Part shown: positions 1 through 9,000 of the stretch, in pieces | How positions within the stretch are numbered: position 1 is the first letter of the stretch | How the letters are laid out: each line of letters begins with the position of its first letter | Source of the DNA: a virus | Taxonomy: Duplodnaviria > Caudoviricetes | Length of the DNA: 25,790 nucleotides | Virus record (IMG/VR): IMGVR_UViG_3300020151_000594 | Coordinates: 1-25,790 of that record | Reading direction: 5' to 3' (one strand) | Translations under genes and position numbers: made by a program | Notes under the pieces: generated by a model | Database searches by the model: none | Told to the model about the DNA's origin: nothing | What the model saw: only the letters and a program-made list of their open reading frames with translations

Positions 1-3000
1 GCCAACCATATGCAGTACCACCAGTACTACCAAGACTATTGGTAGTATAGTGAAGCATATTGATGCCATGGATATGAGTAAATGATCCTGGGAAGTTAGT
101 TCCATTCCAAATATCAAAGAAACCAGAACCACCGTGGAATGTTTCATTAGCACCATAACCACTGTGTCCCATAGAACCAACGTGATAATTGGCATCTGAT
201 GTATAATCAATTCTTCTACTATAATTATTCTTTCCACTAAGTCCCATACTAACTTTAAAATCAGTGAGACCCAAATATCTCAAATACGCATCGTCAGAAC
301 AATAGATTCTAGTTAATCTGGTTGCAAATCCAGAATCTCCAGAAGTTGTATTGATCCATCCAGCCTGAATGTAACCATTACCATCAGTTCTTACAACTTC
401 GTTAGCATTATCTGCACGACCATCAGTATTAAGTGGAAGTCCTCCAAGATATTGGGCATTTAGATTGTTAACTTGTGTAGTAGAAGTAACGGTAAGTGGC
501 GCAGTTCCTGTTGCAATCGTGGAGATTAGTCTTGTGCCTTGAATGGTGCCCGTAATTGTAGTATTACCGGTAGAATCCAAAGTAAATTGATCACCCCCTG
601 CAGAGTTTCTTAATATAAGACTGGTTGTATATTGCAGATATAAACTATTACTGTAATATTGAATTTTCGCTGCCTTGTTGCCAGTCCAAGTACCACCACT
701 TGTCAAAGTAATATCTGCATTGGCTGACAGACTAATAGCACCACTACCACCATTAAATGTAACGTCATCAACAAATGTTGGAGTAGCAGTTAGATTATAT
801 GAAGAACCATTACCGATCAAAATTGCACCGTTAGCAGGCAATGCTTGAAGTCCTGTACCACCTCTAGTAATTGGAATATTACCTTGAATGTTATTGATGT
901 CTAAGTAATAGGAAGCAGAATTACCGTTAAATGTTGCTGCATCAACATCTCCACCTTGCGATAAAGTCTTAAGATAGACAGAACCAGAACCATCGGTAGT
1001 AATACCAAAGGTAGAATTTTTAAATTTAGATACACCCAGAGTTGAATATGCATCCAAGGTCGGAGCTACTCTATTTAAAGTAAGATTGACAACTCCATAA
1101 TAAGTATTAATTCCAACTCCACCAGGTGCAAGATCAGCAGTTGTATAAGTTACACCAATTGGTTGTGTAGTACCAATACCAACAGAAGTTACTACCTTTT
1201 GGTAAGAAGAATCGCCTCTGAGGAATGTTTGATTATTTGCGGAACCAGTACCAAGTCTAGTTGGCGAAATTACACCACTTACAATATTTCCTGCATCTAC
1301 TGTACTTGTAGCGAGAAGAGCCCAATTAGTTTCATCAGTTGATGATGTGTTAACTGTTGATGTGTATGTAATATTTTGTTCAGTAAACGTTACAATACCT
1401 GCACCATTAACATTAGTAATATCAATAGTATTATACAACAGTCCGTTAGCGGACAAGATAGAATCGGATCTTGTTAAATGTAATGTAAATGTATTTTGAG
1501 TTCTGGATCCAATGAAGTAGAAGTATCCCGTTGAAATTCCTGTCGGTAAAGATCCACCAGAAGTTATCCGTACCGGATCACCTTGAGTGAATCCGTGATT
1601 CACAAAAGTGATTTGACTGGTATCCGTATTGATTCCAAGTCTAGTGATGGATTGTGTACCAGTACCACTAGTTTCGAAATTAAGTTTTGTGGAAAGAGCG
1701 TAATTAGTATAAAGTTCTACGGAGGTTATTCCAATTCTCTTCACATAGTAGGTTTCAAGAAGAACAAGTGGTGCAACTGCATTTCCAGTTGAGTAGTATC
1801 TTACTGGGTCACCATCTGAGAAAATTGTATTTGAAACCCCAACAATAATTCTATCATTTGTGAAATCTACATCTCCACCAACACCAATATCAGTACCATT
1901 AAATGTTACTGTAGTGGCAGTACCAACATTAGTTGAAATCGCAACTGCGTTTCTATCAGAAATATAATCTGGAAGTATTGTAGAACCTTGGAATTTTTGA
2001 TTATTTGTGAGTGTTAAATAAAGTCTGGTCTCTACAGATCCAATTCTAACGGTAAAGTCCGAACCACCAGTTCTGCCCCCAATTAAAGTAGAAGCGACAC
2101 TTACATAATCACCAGAAGCAAAGTATCTACCTCCAGTTTCAATCGCAACCTGAGAGACAGTACCACCAGCACTAACGGTGACCGTTGCGGTCATATTTGT
2201 ACCAATACCAGTATTACGAATTACTTGGACGCCACTGTAAATACCCGCAACATTATATCCAGAACCACCAGCCAAAGTATTGAGTGTTAATCCAACACCC
2301 CTCACAAGACCAGTGGTTCCATAAGATGGATGTGATGGTGTAGTTACGATACCAATTGCTCCACCTTGAGATACTGTACCTGTTACTGTATCTCCATTTT
2401 GGAAATTGTAGACAGTAGTACTATCAAGAATGAGATATTGTCTAATAACATCACTTACTAGTACGTAGGCATTAATTGGTTCAACTACTGTATCTCCACT
2501 TAAAATATTAGCGGCTGGTATTCTATTTGCAAGTGAAGTTTTACCTCCCTCATATATGGTTCTATAGTAGTTAACAACTTTAGGTGGAATTAGATCAGCG
2601 TTAATTTGTCCAATTGAGTTTAATTGTACTACTGAGTTTGGAATTGCATTAGTTGAAACAGTTTTATCAATAAAGGAACCCAATCTGTTATTAAGGAATG
2701 ATCTTATTGCTAACTGAGTCGAAACTCTCTTATTCTGAGCTCCACCAATTTCATTATCACCCAATCCAATGTCTCCGGAGAATTCTTCAATCTGAATACC
2801 TCCAGAAAGAGATAGTCGGATAGAATCCAAAGTACCAATGGTTACGGTATTATTGAAGATAATATTACCAGTTCTGTTAAATGCGGTAATAAAGTCACCA
2901 ATTAAGAAGTCTCCAAGTTCATTCGTACCCGATGAATAAACTCTACCACCAAGTTCCGAAACCTGTTGTGTTCTCACATCACCTTTACCACCGTTTTGTG

Positions 3001-6000
3001 GTAGAGCATTATAATCAATACCAGAACCAGAGAATTCCCAAGTATGTGATGAGGAGTTAACAATAGATGGTCTATGGAAATTTAAAGTATAATTTTCTGG
3101 TAGTGAAGAAATACCAATGATATTTGTTCCAGCAGATGTGGAATCTACTTTAAAGTTAATTGACCAATACGTAGCAATTCCAGTTACAGATGTAACTGCA
3201 ATTGAAACAGGTACGGGACTGTGATCCGCAATATTGAGAGCTGCACCTCCAGTAACCGCAAAGTTTCTTCTTACACCGGATGCAGACTCTACAGAAACAA
3301 CAAGTTCTCTACTTGATGAATTATAAGTTAATGCATATCCAACCGCAGTTCCTCCAGTTACAGTTTGTGATACTTGTCTACCAGAAACAAATCTAAGAGT
3401 TGAGGATGTTGATCCAAGTGATATTTTCTGGAAGTTGTTATGAGCTTCTACGATTTCTTTAACAAAGAACTCTTGATTATTTTTAGTAAATGTGTTAATG
3501 CCAGTAGTAGTTGAAGTTAGATTGACTAGTTGTGTAAAACTATCGTCCTCATATAATTTGAAACTTGTAGAATCAATATATTGGACATAATATTGGTTCT
3601 CGTTAACTAGACCTCCAATAATTCTTGCTGGAATAACGCCTTCATCACCAAAGTATACGACTGAATCTCCCTGTGCGAATGGGTGACCAACAATATTGAA
3701 TACGTCATTGTTTACGTCTACAGATGTGGCAGCATTAAATTCTTCAGATACTACAAGTGGTTTGAATGTATTGGTTCTATCTACCAATTGATTATCAAAG
3801 AATCGTGTAACGTATAGATCCTGATCGCTTCTTCCAGCTCCAACTACTCGTAGAGTTTGATATCCACCAGCAGTACCAGTAGCAGCAATTCTTCCACGGT
3901 CAAATGCGAATGAATTTTGACTAAATCCAGTAGATCTTAATGCATAATATCCAAAGTTAGTAGCGGAGTTGGTAATAGATAGATATCCACCAGATTGTGC
4001 AAGTGAACCATAACGACAGAAGATTTGGAAACAAGAAACAACCTGAGAGTATCCATCGTTAATAACACGCCAACCAATACCACCAAAGGAAACCATGGTA
4101 AAGGCATTGGCAACCATAGATTTTCCAAATTCTGGTTGAGCACCAAGAACTGGAGTTTCAGATTCTTGTGGAATAATCGCTGTGTTTGGCGAAAGAACCT
4201 TGGAACCATCAACCAACATTCCATTTCCGCCAAGGAATGAGAGAATAGAACAGTTCTGAATATATGGGGATCTTGTAATAATTGGTTTGCTTGTCTTGAT
4301 AGCATAACCAGCTCTACTTGTAAATGGATCTGATGGATCATCGAAGGAAACAGCATAATCAAACGTATACTGAGGAACGCCTGCAGCGTCCACAAAATCT
4401 TTCATTGCAAATCCAGTAAGATAACAACCGTTTCGTACCCTTATAAGGTCTTTACCTGCATTCTGGGGACGAATAATGGTGTTTCTGAGGTTGTCACCAA
4501 TAACTGCAACGTCTTCGTAAAGAATAAGGGGATTATCTTCAACATACTCTCCAGCTTCTACAATAATACAAACTGGATTTGATTTGGATGTCGGTAATAT
4601 TAATTCTGGAGCTGCTGTGGTTCCTAATCCAACAATTGTAGTAATAATTCCAACTAGTGTTGAAATAGAAGACAGTACATTTGAACAAGAGGTTGTTGCA
4701 TAACCTACTGGATTTGCTTCAATATCAATAATAAGATTATTATTGAACGATTGGGAAGTGGTGGTCTGATATAATCCTACCGGTCTTTGAATTGCAGGAG
4801 CTGCGGTAATACCTTGACCAACAATTGTAGTAATAATTCCGATGTAGTTATTAATTGATGAACGAACATCCGCACAACAAAGATACCCATAAGAATTTCC
4901 CGCACCACAAGTTGCATCATATGCAATAGTTAGGTTTTTAACTTGCGTAGTAGACCCAACACCAACTTGATATGATTGTGGAACTGTAATATTATTGATA
5001 ATATAACTTGAAATTCCGGCAATATACTTAAATGCTGCTACAGTTTCTACTTGTTCACCGGTTACATAACTCGTTCCAAGTCCACTCCAGTAAGAAACGC
5101 CAGCTCCAACGGACTTATAATTTCCACCATACTTAATGTCATAAGAAATAGCATCAACGATATGACCAACATCTCTTAGACACTTGGTTCTATTATATGT
5201 CGGATTACTTAACAGTCCTGGATAAATTGCAGTTACATATCCTACTGCTTCGGCTTTAATATAATCTTTATTGAGGGTAAGTAGTGCAGAAGCATCATCA
5301 TATCTTCCACCTGGATCTGCATCAGCAATTGATATATTATTGATAACGTACTTGGACATATCAACAATGTATCGAAAAGCATCAATGGTCTCTACAGATT
5401 CACCAGCAACATAACTTGTACCAACGCCACTCCAGTATGAAATGCCAGCTCCAACTGACCTTGAGTTTCCACTATAACCCAAATCATAAGCAATAGCATC
5501 TACGATATAACCAACGTCTCTCCTACAAATGGTTCTATCCCAATCTGGATTTGTTGAAATGCCTGGATAAGTAGCAGTAATAAATCCTACAACTTCTTCT
5601 TGAATAAATTCTTTATTCAGGTTAAGTTGGTCCGCTGCATCTAGATATCTTCCAGGAGGTAAAACAAATGACTCAAATGATGCTAATTGAGCCGCCTTTT
5701 TAATACTTTGGACTGGTCTTGTCTTACCATCATAAAGATCACTACCATTTGCAGAAGATACATAAATTCTATTCTCATATAATCCTGCAGTAGCAAATCC
5801 AAGATTTCCATAAGTATCAACGGTAAGGACCATTCCATCCGTACCCTGATTTGGTGGTAAAGTTAAAGTATAATTGGTTGCAATTCCAGCATTCGATAAC
5901 TTAAATTGTACTGTTTTGTCTTCTAAAGTCTGAGTATTAATTCCAACAAAACTTAAAGTACTCAATCCAACCTGATTGAGTGTCGAAATTCCTGTATAGT

Positions 6001-9000
6001 TAAGATTGGAACCCTGAAGGAATGTAACAATACCTGATCTTGAGTTTAAATTAGTTACGCCAAGAATTTCATTAGTATTTCCACTAATTGTTACACTACC
6101 TTGACCTACGGTAAGAACTCCAGTAACTCTTGCGTTACCCGTTACAAGGAAGTCGGTATTACCATATCCAATTTTAACATTACCAATTGAACCAAGTCCA
6201 CTGTAACTTATATTAGTACCAGAAAGTTCTGTTACAACACCAACTGCGGCTTTAAGATTTCCAATCGTACCAATTCCCGGTACATTAATTTGTTCTACAA
6301 TTAGACCAGAAGTAATGATAGTCGTATCTGCAATAACAGTATCAAAGCTACCAATACCCGAAAAATATGCGTTTCTACCTCTTAAGTTTGGAATTGTACT
6401 AATTCCCGAGAATGAATCTTCAAAATAGAAATTGCCCGTTATAACTGCACCCTGGGGATAATCAAATTGATAGGTATCTAAACGTCTAAATCTGAATAGT
6501 TGCGTTACAATACCAACCTGTGATGGTGGTTGGGATATGGTAATAGCACTAGAACCAATTGAAATAACTGTGGTATTTGGAAGAATATATTCTCCAGCAG
6601 TTACCACTTCTCCAGCAATAATTCCTGCAGTAGCAATACCAGTAATAGTAGTTACTCCTGTATTGGAAAGAGTACCTTGATAAATTCTTTCTCCTACTGG
6701 TGAGGTAGTGTTCTGTGAAAGAATTACTGATCCTATACCAATAGAAGTTACTGTACTTCCTACAGCAATATAAGTACCAGTTGCGGCAGAACCAACGTAG
6801 ATATTTGAGGTATCAATGCCAGCAATTTTATTTCCGTTTGCAGTTTCTACATATCCTGTAGTAGTTTGAGTCGGAGTCACATTTTGTGCAAATGCACTAA
6901 GTCCAAAGGAACTATTACCAATTGAAGCAACTACAGTTCCCGGTAATAAATAATCATTTGTTACTGCATATCCCACACTAACGTTTTGTGTTGCAATTCC
7001 AGTAATTGAAAGTGTGCTTGCGTATGCAAGAGTACCTTGATACGTAACTAATAATGGATAATCTACAACTACTCTTTGTGATGCACTAAATTCAGTAGCT
7101 CTTATATGATTAACTCCAGTAATATCAGCAGTTTCCCCATCAATCGTAACTGATCCAGAACCAACGGTTAGAATTCCACTTACTCTAGCATTTCCAGTTA
7201 CATCTAAATTAATGGTACTTTGTGAAGATAATTCAAAATTTTGATTGGAACTTGTGGTGGTATTTGTTGAATATTGGGATAGTAAAATAATTGCAGTTTC
7301 AACTCCTACAATCGTAGTTCCTGATCTAATATAAGGTCCAGATATAGCCTGACCAGATCTTGCAGTTGATACTCCAATAACAGTAATAATCTTTGTTGGA
7401 CTTGAACCAAGAGTTGGTGGAGTTAAACCAATACCGGTTGCAGAGGGATTCAGATAAATTCTATCACCAATTAGATATCCAGAACCACCTCTTTCTACAG
7501 ACAGACTTTCAATATCACCATCAGAGATAACAACATTAAATCTAGCTCCAGTACCAGGTCCATTTGTAGTTGAAGCTACACTTACATACGTTCCTGTAGA
7601 GTATTCGTTAGCTGGACCAATTGCTGAAACTGATCTTAATACTCTGTTAGTTCCTACTCCCGTAATTATATCTGTACCTATTCCAGCTGCATATCCTGTA
7701 CCAACTCCAGTAAATGAAGTTCCCAAAGTACCAGTACAAACAAAAATATCATAAGGTTTTCCCAATCCGATTGTTACGTTACTAGTTGGATCCGGAACTC
7801 CATCCACATAATTAGCTACAGTAGTAAGTCCACTTACATTAAAATATGTTGCTAATCCAGCGGCAACATAAGCATTATCAAATCTTGCACTTTGAATACC
7901 AACAGTAGTACCGATACCGACACTAATATATGCAGTATTAAGTCTTGCACTAGAAATTCCAACAGTAGTACCAATACCGACGTTAATATATGCAAGATCA
8001 GTGGTTGAAGCCTGAACCACCATAGTTGTTGCGATACCAACATTCATATAATTATTGTCAACAATCATTGTTGTTGCAATACCCACACTAATATTACCAG
8101 CATTAATATATGCAGTCGTAATAATACCAGTATTAATTTTTGCAGTATTTGTATTTGTTGAGTTTAAATTTAAATCTCCACCATTTAATTGAGTAAGATT
8201 TAACTGCTGTATATTTGCATTATTGACATTTAGTACATCAAAATTTGCTTGACCCATAAATGGATCAACAAAAGCAAAGGATGTACTAAAGGCTAGATTT
8301 GAAAATACAAAGTTTACAATCCTAGAAAATGTAAATGAAGTACTTCCAGATGTACCCAAACCAACAGAAACATTAATTTGGTTAGCCCCAATTGAAGTAA
8401 TTGTTGAAAACCCAGATGATCCGGGATAATCAACGTAGTCTCCAAGTGCAAGAGAAGTTGTTGTTATACTAGTAATTAAATCAGTACCAAGTCCAGACGA
8501 AGTACCAGTTCTTGTCGTAATACCAAGAGTTCCAGTAGAAGCCTGGGAAATTGTTACAGATCCACCATTTAAAGAAGAAATCCCAGTAACAGTAGTACCA
8601 CTTAAAACTCCAGTTGCACTGACACCGTATCCAATTACTGTTAATGAAGTATTGACTCCAATAATAGTTGTGCCGTTGTTAGTTAAGAAATTACCTGTGG
8701 AAATTCCAGTAAAATCTTGAGTAACTGCAGTGGTGGTTGTGCCCGCTATTCCTAGGAAAACCGTAGCAATCCCAATGGAAACGACAGATACTCCTGCTCC
8801 AATATAAGTACCGCTTACTGCATAACCAACTCTGATATTATTTGTGGCAACCCCAACAATCTTATTAGATGGAGTTGCGGTTATAAGTCCAACTCTTTGA
8901 ATAGGATCTTCATATCGTACCGTCAAACTTCTTGAAGTAATGTCTCCCTTTACATCAACGTTACCAATTACTTGGAATTCTTTTGATAAAGAACTAGTTC

